Source: Planctomycetota bacterium
Lineage (GTDB): Bacteria > Planctomycetota > UBA8108 > UBA1146
Direction of reading: 5' to 3'
Assembly: GCA_013911165.1 (NCBI GenBank)
Contig: JACETR010000002.1
Span: 71 to 64,070 of the forward strand
DNA: 64,000 nucleotides
In this document: positions 40,890-51,686 of the stretch, piece after piece
Layout of the letters: the number at the start of each line of letters is the position of its first letter
Position numbering within the stretch: the first letter of the stretch is position 1
The notes under the pieces: generated by a model
Told to the model about the DNA's origin: nothing
Database searches by the model: none
The model's input: the letters and a program-made list of their open reading frames with translations, nothing else
Position numbers and translations under genes: made by a program

Positions 40890-43745
40890 ATGATGAGCTG
40901 TATCTTCCACTTCCCACTCAACCGAAGTGTCTTTGTGCTGATTTTCCTCGGTTGCCTCGCCAGTATTGCGAGCCCGGTGGGTGGGCAGTCCACCGACGAA
41001 GACGCCCGCGAACTGCGCATCCTCATCGAAACCGGTGATTATCAGGAGGCGACCGATTGGGTAGAGGAGGAGCCGGGCCAGTTTCCGCTACTGGAGGCGA
41101 GAGTGTATCGGGAACAGGGGCGCTTCGACGATGCCATCACCACCCTCGAGAAAGCCCGGGAGGCTGAGGGAGCAGACGCCCATTTGCTTGCTGCTCTGGC
41201 GGGCTTGAAGTTGGAAATCGGAAAGTACGCCGAGGGTGAAACACTCTTGAAAAAGGCTCTCGTCATCGACGATCAGCATGTCGAGTCACTGGCCCGTTTG
41301 GGGCTTTATCGCATCGATCAGGGAAAGCGTGAGAGTGGTCAGGAATTGCTGCGCAAGGTGGTCCAGATCTACAAGGACATGTCCAGGGAAGAAGCGCAAA
41401 AGTCTCCTCCGGAAACTTTCGTCTGGTTTGGAAAAGCCTGCGAGGGGTTACAGAGATTTCGGGATGCCTATGAGGTGATGTACGACAGTGCCCTCTATCT
41501 CGACCCGAAATCTGCCGCGGCCCACACGGCCAGTGGTCACGCCCTGTTCTCAAAGTACAACTACCCCGATGCCCGCAGTCATTTCCGCGATGCTCTCGAA
41601 ACGAACGCCAATCATGCGGAAGCGATGCTGGGCCTTGCAAGGGCAACATGGACCGATTACGCCTTCCCCGGAGAACGCGGGGAAGAGGTTTCCCAACTGC
41701 TGGCGAAAGCGAGCCGGATCTGGCCCGATCACCCTGAGAGATGGTTGCTGGAGGGAGACATCGCCTTTGCCAGTGAGAACTGGAACCGTGCGGAGATGTG
41801 CTACCGCAAGGTCTTGGAGATTCAGCCCAATCACCAGGTCGCCCAGGGATTGCTGGCGAGCATCCTTTACGCTGTCGCACGACTCGACGAGTTTGAAGCG
41901 TTGCGCAAAGAGGTGGAGGAGGGGCATCCCGCTCCGGCACTTTTCTATGTCACTCTCGCAGAGAGATTGGTAGACCGATTCTTCTATCGGGAGTCTGCCG
42001 AATTTTCACTCAAGGCCATCGAGCTCGACCCGGGGTTGCCCAAGTCGTATGCCATCTTTTCCATCAATGCACTTCGCAGTGGTCTTGAAGAAGAGGGAAA
42101 GAAGAAACTCGAGGAAGCCTGGACCAAGGATCGCTACAACGTCTGGGTCAAAAATACTCGGACGTTGATGAAGCACATCGATGAAAACTTCATCACTCGT
42201 GAAGAGGATGGTCTGGTGATTCGCATGAAGTCGGATGAAGGTCCGTACCTCATGCCTTATCTGATGCCTCTGATGAAAGAATCACGGGAGAGCTTTGAAA
42301 AGGACTACCAACTCGAAGTTTATCGTCCCTTGACCATCGAAGATTTTTCCAGTCATGCCTACTTCAGTGCACGTTCAATTGGATTGCCCGGGCTTGCTGC
42401 CAGTGGTGTTTGTTTTGGTCGACTGGTAACCCTGACAACTCCGAACGCTCTTCCGGGCAATTGGGGAGCGGTAGCGGTTCATGAATTGGCACACGTGGTG
42501 ACCTTGCAGAAGGCTCGCCACCGTATCCCACGCTGGTTTGGTGAGGGTTTGTCTGTCTTCGAGGAAGCGCGCCGGACCCCCCGCTGGAAAAGGCATGAAC
42601 CATTGATGGTTTCCACAGAGTTTCATGCCGGTGCATTGCGCCCCATCGCAGATTTGCAAAAGTCATTCATGAACCCCAGTTGGCCCGGTGAAATCCTGGT
42701 GGGTTACGTGCAGGGCGGTTTGATCTGCGAAATGATTCACGAGCAGCATGGCATGGCCAAGATCAATGAGATGCTGGAATCCTACGCAAAGGGTCATGAC
42801 ACCCGCAGAGTCCTCCGGGATGTCCTCGGCACCTCCGCAGAAAATTTCGACCGTGTTTTCATGGAGTGGTTGGGCAAAAAAGTGGAGGTTGCCGGAGTCG
42901 GGCCTGCGTTCCAGGGAAGACACATCGACCGATTGCGTGAGCGCACAGAAGACGAACCCAATGTTGCACGACATTGGGTCTGGTTAGCCGCCGCTTATCT
43001 CGCAGAAAAGAAAGTTGCGGATGCGGAGTTGGCCATCGGCAAAGCAGAGAAGCTGGATCCTGATTCCGCAGATCTCGCAGTCGTCAGGGCTTCGATGCAA
43101 CTCAACGAAGGATTGACCGACAAGGCTCTCAAGTCTTTCAGTCAGGCGATTCTGGGAGACTCGATCTGGAGTTGGCGCAGCCGATTGTTGAAAGCCAGTA
43201 TTCTGCGGAAGCGGGGCGACACGGAAGAAGCTCTGAAGATGTTGGAAGAGGCCACGGCGCAGGCTCCCACAGCAACCAGTTCGCCGGTGAGCCCCGGAAG
43301 TCCCTGGGTTCAATTGGCCACTCTTCAAAAGGATCTGGATCTCGATGCCCAGGCGATCGAAAGTTATCGCCAGCAGATCCTCCATGATCGTGATGATGCC
43401 AATACTCGACTGGCTCTGGCAAAAAGCATGGAAAAGGCGGGGGATTATCAGGGGGTGATCGACGCTGCATGGGATCTTCCCTTTATCACCCCCTATGGAG
43501 ATGAGAGTCACGCTCTCCTGGGTCGTGCCTACCTCGAGTTGGAGGATTGGCAGAATGCCCGGCGGGAACTGGAACTGAGATTGGCTCTGGAGACTCCTGC
43601 AATGGAGGAGATTTATCCGGATTTGGCATGGGTGCTTTGGAAACTGGGAGAGGACACCGATGCTCTCAAATGGGCGAGACGTGCCCTGATGCTCGATCCA
43701 GCCAATGTCAGGGCCCAGCAGGTGGTCGATTCTCTCAAAGAGTAG
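40890..43745 (+). CDS. Secreted TPR-repeat protein with embedded HExxH metallopeptidase-like motif
   Basis: Signal peptide MMSCIFHFPLNRSVFVLIFLGCLASIASP. Many TPR-like helical repeats at both ends. Central AVAVHELAHVVTLQKARHRIPRWFGEGLSVFEE (HExxH with a downstream Glu). Confidence 0.7.
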   Translation: MMSCIFHFPLNRSVFVLIFLGCLASIASPVGGQSTDEDARELRILIETGDYQEATDWVEEEPGQFPLLEARVYREQGRFDDAITTLEKAREAEGADAHLLAALAGLKLEIGKYAEGETLLKKALVIDDQHVESLARLGLYRIDQGKRESGQELLRKVVQIYKDMSREEAQKSPPETFVWFGKACEGLQRFRDAYEVMYDSALYLDPKSAAAHTASGHALFSKYNYPDARSHFRDALETNANHAEAMLGLARATWTDYAFPGERGEEVSQLLAKASRIWPDHPERWLLEGDIAFASENWNRAEMCYRKVLEIQPNHQVAQGLLASILYAVARLDEFEALRKEVEEGHPAPALFYVTLAERLVDRFFYRESAEFSLKAIELDPGLPKSYAIFSINALRSGLEEEGKKKLEEAWTKDRYNVWVKNTRTLMKHIDENFITREEDGLVIRMKSDEGPYLMPYLMPLMKESRESFEKDYQLEVYRPLTIEDFSSHAYFSARSIGLPGLAASGVCFGRLVTLTTPNALPGNWGAVAVHELAHVVTLQKARHRIPRWFGEGLSVFEEARRTPRWKRHEPLMVSTEFHAGALRPIADLQKSFMNPSWPGEILVGYVQGGLICEMIHEQHGMAKINEMLESYAKGHDTRRVLRDVLGTSAENFDRVFMEWLGKKVEVAGVGPAFQGRHIDRLRERTEDEPNVARHWVWLAAAYLAEKKVADAELAIGKAEKLDPDSADLAVVRASMQLNEGLTDKALKSFSQAILGDSIWSWRSRLLKASILRKRGDTEEALKMLEEATAQAPTATSSPVSPGSPWVQLATLQKDLDLDAQAIESYRQQILHDRDDANTRLALAKSMEKAGDYQGVIDAAWDLPFITPYGDESHALLGRAYLELEDWQNARRELELRLALETPAMEEIYPDLAWVLWKLGEDTDALKWARRALMLDPANVRAQQVVDSLKE

Positions 43746-44018
43746 TCGCTCACGCCTGATCGGCAGAATGCCAAATGTGGACCTCCAGGGGGGGTGGATT
43801 TGTGCAAATCTGCAGGCAAATTTTGATTCGCTTGACCCCAATTGTCGGGGTCGACTATCCTCACCAGACGTGTACTTTTCCACGTGGACCAAGTCTTCCC
43901 GTGCAGAGGAATTTCGGCAGGTTTCCGGATGGGTCTGGAATCCTTCGACAGGGTTTTTCCTCTGACAGATCAACCCCGCTGGCGTTTTCGCTGCGGTTTG
44001 CTGGAGGATCACTACAAC

Positions 44019-44276
44019 GTGGAGAATGACGAGCCGAAATCTCCGGATCCCCAATCCTCGACGCGGGATGAAGATGGGTCCGGGGGAAACCTGGCACGCT
44101 CGGCAGCATGGAGTTCATTGGGTTGGCAACTGTTGCTCACCTTCGTGATTTTCGCTGCCTTCGGCCGGTGGATCGACGGTCGTTACGACTCGGAACCGTG
44201 GGGTGTGCTCGGAGGATGTCTCCTTGGATTCATCGCTTTGATCGTGCGAGCCCAACAAGAGTCGAATCGCAGTTGA
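44019..44276 (+). CDS. AtpZ/ATPase-gene-1-like small membrane protein (putative F-ATPase accessory subunit)
   Basis: AAWSSLGWQLLLTFVIFAAFGRWIDGRYDSEPWGVLGGCLLGFIALIV matches the two-helix ATPase_gene1 pattern. Start assigned to the in-frame GTG at 44019 with GGAGGA 10 nt upstream. The ORF track begins at 43842. Confidence 0.45.
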   Translation: MENDEPKSPDPQSSTRDEDGSGGNLARSAAWSSLGWQLLLTFVIFAAFGRWIDGRYDSEPWGVLGGCLLGFIALIVRAQQESNRS

Positions 44277-44326
44277 TGCGGCGAAGTCGGGATGTGTGAA
44301 ACGAAATCGAAAGACCGGAGGATCCC

Positions 44327-44797
44327 TTGAGCGGACTCTCGCGATTGACGCTGAGATTTCTGCTGAGGACTCTGGGTCTTCTTTTGATCATTGGAGCCCT
44401 GGCGTATGCGCCGGTTTCATCCCTTTGGGGAGAGGAAACGGTGCCCATTCTCGGATACGGAATGGCCGTCGCCGCCCTTTTGGGGGTGTTGGGGATACGA
44501 AACCTGTTATCGATCCTGCGTTCCGAAGCGGACAGGGCGGTAGGCAAGGTTTTCCTGGGTATGGGTTTGCGAGCTCTGGTTCTGGCTGCCAGCCAGGTGC
44601 CGGTGTTCAACATGTACGGCCACGAGACCGGTGGCCGGACCCTGATTGCGGCGGTGTGTTTCTACCTCGTCGTGTTGGGAGTCGAGATCTTCTCTTTGCA
44701 GCAGTATCTGCAAGAGGAAACGGTCCTGAACAAGAAAGCGGAAACGGCGGAAGAGCCGGATTTGCCCAAGGAAACGGAATCGCAGCAGGAGTCTTGA
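44327..44797 (+). CDS. atpI: ATP synthase protein I-like membrane protein (AtpI)
   Basis: Four hydrophobic helices. Position immediately upstream of atpB. Acidic C-terminal tail. Confidence 0.5.
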   Translation: MSGLSRLTLRFLLRTLGLLLIIGALAYAPVSSLWGEETVPILGYGMAVAALLGVLGIRNLLSILRSEADRAVGKVFLGMGLRALVLAASQVPVFNMYGHETGGRTLIAAVCFYLVVLGVEIFSLQQYLQEETVLNKKAETAEEPDLPKETESQQES

Positions 44798-44856
44798 TCC
44801 CTCGTGTGAAATGAGACTTGGGAATCGAGACAGTTCTGCGAGCAGAAAGGTGCGGG

Positions 44857-45633
44857 ATGCTGACATTTGCTGCTGGTGATCCACTGAGCCATGTGCTCGA
44901 CAAGTCACTTCATCCCTTTCTGGATCAGATCGGGCTGACGAAGCATGTCATGATGATGCTGATTGCCACTCTCATCTGCGTCTTCCTCTTCAGCCGGGTG
45001 GCCAAGGGGCTGGCGAAGCAGATTGAGACCGGCGAATCCAAAGGCACTCTTTCGAGCATGCTCGAAGCGATGCTGGTCTTTTTGCGCGATGATATGGTGA
45101 AGCCCACTTTGGGTGCGGATACCTATCGTTTCCTTCCGCTTCTCTGGACCTACTTCTTTTTCATCGTCACCTGTAACCTTCTTGGGTTGATTCCCTTCTC
45201 TGCGACGGCCACCGGAAACATCAGTGTGACCGCAGCACTCGCAGGAATCGCCTTCGTGACCTACCACTTCTTTGGCATGAAGGAAAATGGGGTCGTCTCC
45301 TATTGGAAAGACAACCTCCTCGTGGGTCCGGCACCTCTGTGGCCATTGATGATCATCATCGAGGCCGCTGGTCACCTGATCAAACCGTGTGCTCTGGCGA
45401 TTCGACTCTTCGCCAACATGATGGGCGGGCACATTCTTCTCGCCGTGATCATGTCGGGTACCGCCGTGGCGACATTGGACAACCTTGTGGTAGGGGGCGG
45501 CATTTCGCTGATCTCTGCACTGGGAGCCGTCGCCCTGACATTCCTTGAACTTTTGGTCGCCATGATTCAGGCGTTCATTTTTACAAATTTGACCACTGTT
45601 TTCCTGGGAGCCGCTCTGCATCCGGAGCACTAG
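44857..45633 (+). CDS. atpB: F0F1 ATP synthase subunit a
   Basis: IRLFANMMGGHILL with the conserved Arg. Five TM helices. The ORF track starts 39 nt upstream at 44818. Confidence 0.9.
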   Translation: MLTFAAGDPLSHVLDKSLHPFLDQIGLTKHVMMMLIATLICVFLFSRVAKGLAKQIETGESKGTLSSMLEAMLVFLRDDMVKPTLGADTYRFLPLLWTYFFFIVTCNLLGLIPFSATATGNISVTAALAGIAFVTYHFFGMKENGVVSYWKDNLLVGPAPLWPLMIIIEAAGHLIKPCALAIRLFANMMGGHILLAVIMSGTAVATLDNLVVGGGISLISALGAVALTFLELLVAMIQAFIFTNLTTVFLGAALHPEH

Positions 45634-45714
45634 GAAAACCTCAATAGATCAATCAATGCGTTTCACAGGGAAGTGATTCGTGGATCACCCGGAGGGTGAT
45701 CAAGAAAGGAAACC

Positions 45715-46011
45715 ATGGAAACGATTCTGAGTTTCATCGCATTTGCGGTAGCTGACAGCTCTGTCCTCAACTACGGCATCCTGGGTGCCGGTATCGGCGC
45801 TGGCCTTGCCGCCATCGGCGCTGGCATGGGTATTGGTCGTCTGGCCGGATCTGCCATGGAGGGCATCGCACGTAACCCTGAGGCAGCCGGCGACATTCGC
45901 GCCAACATGATCCTGACCGCAGCATTCATCGAGGGTGTGGCCCTCTTCGCTGCCGTGATCTGCTTCCTCATCCAGTCCGGAATCATCGACGCCACCAAGG
46001 CTGCTGCCTAA
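45715..46011 (+). CDS. atpE: F0F1 ATP synthase subunit c
   Basis: GAGIGAGLAAIGAGMGIGRLAGSAMEGIARNPE...ILTAAFIEGVALFA hairpin with the conserved carboxylate. Confidence 0.95.
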   Translation: METILSFIAFAVADSSVLNYGILGAGIGAGLAAIGAGMGIGRLAGSAMEGIARNPEAAGDIRANMILTAAFIEGVALFAAVICFLIQSGIIDATKAAA

Positions 46012-46598
46012 TGCGGAAACTGAGCAGCAAGCTCTCCTTCCTGATCGTTGGAGTGGCTCTGATCTTCTTCCCCGCAGTTTCATACGCTGCGGACACCAGT
46101 GGCAAAGGTCCGATGGACTTTGATTTCAAGACGGCCGGTTGGACCGTTGGAATCTTCCTGACGGCTCTCCTCATCCTCAAGAAGGCTGCATGGGGACCGA
46201 TCGTCAAGGCCATGGAAGAGCGTGAGCACAAGATCAAGGAATCCCTGGAAGCAGCAGATCGTATGCAGGCCCAGATGGAGCAGACCAAAGCGGAGAATGA
46301 AGAGATTCTTCGTGAGGCGCGCCGTGAGGCCAGTGAGATCGTTGCTGAAGGGAAAAGGGATGCCCAGGCTGTGGCTGAACAGGTCAAGGCAACTGCTGCC
46401 AAAGAGGCGCAGGCAATGACCGACAAGGCTTTGGCAGAGATCAGTCGCGCAAAAGACGTGGCCATCGACGAAGTCCACAAACTTTCTGTGGACCTGTCCT
46501 TGACCATTTCCGAGCGTCTGATCGGTCGTTCCCTCGATGGATCCGATCACCAGCGCATCGCTCAGGAAGCGATCGAGCAGTACCAAAAAATCGACTAG
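46011..46598 (+). CDS. atpF: F0F1 ATP synthase subunit b
   Basis: N-terminal TM then long charged coiled coil. ATG overlaps the atpE TAA. Confidence 0.85.
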   Translation: MRKLSSKLSFLIVGVALIFFPAVSYAADTSGKGPMDFDFKTAGWTVGIFLTALLILKKAAWGPIVKAMEEREHKIKESLEAADRMQAQMEQTKAENEEILREARREASEIVAEGKRDAQAVAEQVKATAAKEAQAMTDKALAEISRAKDVAIDEVHKLSVDLSLTISERLIGRSLDGSDHQRIAQEAIEQYQKID

Positions 46599-46632
46599 TT
46601 GAATCAACTGGTTCATTGACGAGGAGGAGCCG

Positions 46633-47217
46633 ATGGCGGCTTCGACAAAACAGCGACATCCGGCAGCTCTGGCCTATGCATCGGCGATGCTTCAGGTAAG
46701 CACTGCTCAAGGAGAGGCTTCCGCATACGGTGATCAACTGAACGCCGTGGCCCATGCCATCTCGGATGACGCCCAGCTGAGGGTTTTCATCGAGAGCCCC
46801 AAGATCAGCCGGGAAAACAAAAAAGCCGCCCTTCACGCCGCATTGTCGGGGAAGGTCGCTGAGCCGGTTCTCAACCTGCTCAAGTTGTTGATCGACCGGG
46901 GACGTCAGTTCCTGGTGGAGGACATCTCTGACACCTACGGGGAGTTGGAAGATGTTGCCGCCGGTCGTGTCAAGGCCACGATCACGAGTGCCACTGAGAT
47001 TCCTGCTGAACAGCGGGATGCGTTGGTGGCCAGCATCAAATCAAAAACGGGCCGGGAGGTTGTCGCTACCGAAGTGGTGGACGCCGGACTCCTTGCAGGA
47101 TTGACGATTCAGGTCGGTGACCTGGTCGTCGACGGATCTCTCCGCAGTCATTTGCAGAGGGTTCGTCAGGAAGTGTTACAAACCCGATTCGGGAAAGACC
47201 TGATCGATGAAAATTAA
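46633..47217 (+). CDS. atpH: F0F1 ATP synthase subunit delta (OSCP)
   Basis: OSCP-like. Ends [25 protein letters not shown]. Confidence 0.85.
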   Translation: MAASTKQRHPAALAYASAMLQVSTAQGEASAYGDQLNAVAHAISDDAQLRVFIESPKISRENKKAALHAALSGKVAEPVLNLLKLLIDRGRQFLVEDISDTYGELEDVAAGRVKATITSATEIPAEQRDALVASIKSKTGREVVATEVVDAGLLAGLTIQVGDLVVDGSLRSHLQRVRQEVLQTRFGKDLIDEN

Positions 47218-48727
47218 TGCCGACGAAATCTCCTCAGTCCTCAAGAAGGAGATCGAGAACTACCAGTCTGACCTGGCTGTCGACGAGGTGGGCACCGTGC
47301 TCGAGGTGGGTGACGGAATTGCCCGCATCTACGGTATCTCCAACTGCATGGCAGGAGAGATGCTCGAGTTTGCCAATGGTGCCAACGGCCTGGCGTTCAA
47401 CCTGGAAGAGAACTCCATCGGAGCGGTGATTCTGGGTGATTTCTCCACGCTGAAGGAGGGTGACTCCGTCAAGCGTACCGGAACCGTTATGCAGGTTCCC
47501 TGTGGTGAGGCTCTTCTGGGCCGAGTGGTGGACCCTCTGGGTAACCCCCTCGACGGAAAAGGCCCCATCAAGACCGACACCTACCGTCCGGTGGAATCCC
47601 CGGCTCCGGGTATCGCCGACAGGAAGTCGGTGCACGAGCCGCTTCAGACCGGAATCAAGGCGATCGACTCGACGATTCCCATCGGTCGTGGTCAGCGCGA
47701 GCTGATCATCGGTGACCGGGGAATCGGCAAGACCGCCATCGCTATCGACACGATCATCAACCAGAAAGACAGTGGTGTGATCTGTGTGTACGTGGCGGTC
47801 GGTCAGAAGGGTTCGACCATCGCTGGTGTGGTGGATCGCCTCGAGAAAGAGGGCGCGATGGATTACACCATCGTCGTCAGCGCTCCGGCGTCCGCACCTG
47901 CTCCGCTGCAGTACATCGCACCGTACTCCGGTTGCGCCATGGCCGAGCACTTCATGTACAACGGGGGACACACCCTTTGCGTCTACGACGACCTTTCCAA
48001 GCAGGCCGCGGCATACCGCCAGCTCTCCCTGCTTCTGCGTCGTCCTCCCGGACGTGAGGCTTACCCCGGAGACGTGTTCTACCTCCACTCCCGTCTTCTC
48101 GAGAGATCTGCAAAGCTCTCCGATGACCTGGGCGGCGGATCTCTCACTGCGTTGCCGGTGATCGAGACCCAGGAGGGTGAGGTGTCCGCATACATCCCGA
48201 CGAACGTGATCTCGATTACGGATGGTCAGATCTACCTCGAGCCGAACCTGTTCTTCGCTGGACAGCGTCCCGCGGTGAACGTGGGTATCTCGGTGTCGCG
48301 GGTGGGAGGTTCTGCACAGATCAAGGCGATGAAGAAGATCGCCGGTTCTCTGCGACTGGACCTGTCCGCCTTCCGTGAATTGGAAGCATTCGCACAGTTG
48401 GGAACCGAGTTGGACAAGGCTACTCAGGCCCAGCTTGATCGCGGTTTCCGCATGGTGGAGATCCTCAAGCAGCCGCAGTACAAGCCGATGCCGATCTCGG
48501 AGCAGGTCCTCATCATCTGGTGTGGATCGAACGGATTCCTCGATTCCCTGCCGGTCAACTCATTGGCAGATTTCGAGCCCCAGTTCCTGGAGCACGTGCG
48601 CACCGAGTTCCCTGAAATCCTCGAGTCGATCAAATCCACCGGAGAGATCAACGACGAGATGGAAGAGAATCTCAAGTCGGTGGCTGGAAACTTCAGCAAG
48701 GATTTCGCAGCCAAGCTGCCGCAGTAA
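47207..48727 (+). CDS. atpA: F0F1 ATP synthase subunit alpha
   Basis: [19 protein letters not shown] Walker A. 506 aa. Confidence 0.97.
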   Translation: MKINADEISSVLKKEIENYQSDLAVDEVGTVLEVGDGIARIYGISNCMAGEMLEFANGANGLAFNLEENSIGAVILGDFSTLKEGDSVKRTGTVMQVPCGEALLGRVVDPLGNPLDGKGPIKTDTYRPVESPAPGIADRKSVHEPLQTGIKAIDSTIPIGRGQRELIIGDRGIGKTAIAIDTIINQKDSGVICVYVAVGQKGSTIAGVVDRLEKEGAMDYTIVVSAPASAPAPLQYIAPYSGCAMAEHFMYNGGHTLCVYDDLSKQAAAYRQLSLLLRRPPGREAYPGDVFYLHSRLLERSAKLSDDLGGGSLTALPVIETQEGEVSAYIPTNVISITDGQIYLEPNLFFAGQRPAVNVGISVSRVGGSAQIKAMKKIAGSLRLDLSAFRELEAFAQLGTELDKATQAQLDRGFRMVEILKQPQYKPMPISEQVLIIWCGSNGFLDSLPVNSLADFEPQFLEHVRTEFPEILESIKSTGEINDEMEENLKSVAGNFSKDFAAKLPQ

Positions 48728-48772
48728 TGAATCGGAGGCCCTTATGGGCTTCCCGAAACAGAGGAGAAACTC

Positions 48773-49645
48773 GTGGCCAATGCCAGAGAGTTGAAAAACA
48801 AGATTCGCTCGGTGAGCAACACCAAGAAGATCACCCGGACGATGGAGATGATCTCCACCGCCAAGGCGGTCGTCTGCCAGAAGCGGATCGAGCAGTCACA
48901 GCCTTACGGTGACAAGCTCAACGAAATCCTCAAGGATCTCGGCGGAGCCGGAGGGAATGCGGAGTCGGGCGAGTTCCCGCTTCTTCGCAAGCCCGAGACG
49001 GTTCGTCGCGAAGCCCTTTTTGTGGTGACCGCGAACAGGGGTCTTTGTGGGGGCTACAACACCAATGTCCTCAAGCGTGCTGAGCAGTTCATTGCCGAGA
49101 AGAAAAAGGAAGGCGTCGAAGTCGATGTCTACATACTCGGCAAAAAAGGAATTGCCCGGTTCCGCTACCTGGGCATGGAAGTGGCCGAAACGTACACCCA
49201 GTTTGAAGACAAGCCGACCTTTGAAGAGGCCGAGGAAGTCTTCCAGCCGGTGATCGAAAAGTTTGAAAACGGTGAGGTGGATGGCGTTCACGTGACCTTC
49301 ACCCACTACGAAAGTTCGAGTCGTCAATCCCCGGATCTTCGTCAGCTCTTGCCGATCGAGGTTTCCGAGGATGGTGAAAGTGGAGGCAAGGACTTCATTC
49401 TCGAACCGGATCCTGAAATGATTCTGGGGAGGCTTTTGCCGCTTTCCCTGAAGATGCAGTTTTTCCAGGCACTGGTGGAAGCCGCTGCGGGTGAGCAGAT
49501 TGCCCGTCGCATCGCGATGAAAAACGCCACCGACAATGCCGAGGATATGGCCAAGACATACACCCAGCTTTACAACCGCACACGTCAGGCGAGCATCACC
49601 CAGGAAATCCTGGAGGTGATCGGTGGCGTGGAGGTAATGAGCTGA
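48773..49645 (+). CDS. atpG: F0F1 ATP synthase subunit gamma
   Basis: MANARELKNKIRSVSNTKKITRTMEMISTAK start and ITQEILEVIGG C-terminus. Confidence 0.95.
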   Translation: MANARELKNKIRSVSNTKKITRTMEMISTAKAVVCQKRIEQSQPYGDKLNEILKDLGGAGGNAESGEFPLLRKPETVRREALFVVTANRGLCGGYNTNVLKRAEQFIAEKKKEGVEVDVYILGKKGIARFRYLGMEVAETYTQFEDKPTFEEAEEVFQPVIEKFENGEVDGVHVTFTHYESSSRQSPDLRQLLPIEVSEDGESGGKDFILEPDPEMILGRLLPLSLKMQFFQALVEAAAGEQIARRIAMKNATDNAEDMAKTYTQLYNRTRQASITQEILEVIGGVEVMS

Positions 49646-49649
49646 TTAA

Positions 49650-51137
<1,488 letters not shown>

Positions 51138-51139
51138 GA

Positions 51140-51403
51140 ATGGCCGACATGATTCACTGCCAGTTGCTTTCTCCGGAAGGGGCTGTATTCGACGGTCAGG
51201 TGACCTTCGTCGGAGCTCATGCTCTCGACGGCAGGGTCGGGATTCTTCCCAACCATGCTCCCCTGATCACAGCTCTGGGGGAGGGTTCTCTGGTTCTGAA
51301 GACGGAAAGTGATGGAGAGCGAAAGTGGACCGTTCGGGGAGGGTTCATGGAGGTTCTCGACAATCACGTTTCGATACTTGCAGAGGGTCTTCAGGAGTCC
51401 TGA
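51140..51403 (+). CDS. atpC: F0F1 ATP synthase subunit epsilon, short form (beta-sandwich domain only, 87 aa)
   Basis: MADMIHCQLLSPEGAVFDGQVTFVGAHALDGRVGILPNHAPLITAL. The stop is followed directly by an intrinsic terminator, so the missing C-terminal helical hairpin is not an artefact of ORF calling. Confidence 0.9.
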   Translation: MADMIHCQLLSPEGAVFDGQVTFVGAHALDGRVGILPNHAPLITALGEGSLVLKTESDGERKWTVRGGFMEVLDNHVSILAEGLQES

Positions 51404-51432
51404 TTTTTCAGGAAGCAAAGAATGGCTTGGAA

Positions 51433-51476
51433 CCGGGTCGGGGCCTTTGGGCTCCGACCCGGTTTTTATTTTTTGT
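51433..51476 (+). terminator. Rho-independent terminator of the atp operon
   Basis: ccgggtcggggcc-tttg-ggctccgacccgg stem followed by tttttattttttgtg. Confidence 0.8.
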
Positions 51477-51674
51477 GATTCTGGCCTGAACATCCTGTTT
51501 TGTTGCTCTAAGTGTCTACAGCCATAAGTTTTATGAGAACTGAAGCCGCGCTGGGAAACCTGCCTTCTATTCCTGACAGGAAAGTCAATATCGTTGATCG
51601 TCTGACTTTGGAGGGGGATAATCGGACCTTGCTCTAATTTTCCTATTTTTCAAATCAACAGGCTTATCGCCTTG

Positions 51675-51682
51675 GAGGAGGA
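51675..51682 (+). promoter_or_regulatory. Ribosome-binding site of the dockerin-repeat gene
   Basis: GGAGGAGG 5 nt upstream of ATG 51687. Confidence 0.6.
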
Positions 51683-51686
51683 CCCC

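Noticed and set aside
42984-44054. 356-aa minus-strand ORF
   Set aside because: Overlaps the 3' end of the TPR gene and the AtpZ-like ORF. No motif, no signal peptide. Likely a GC-driven spurious frame.
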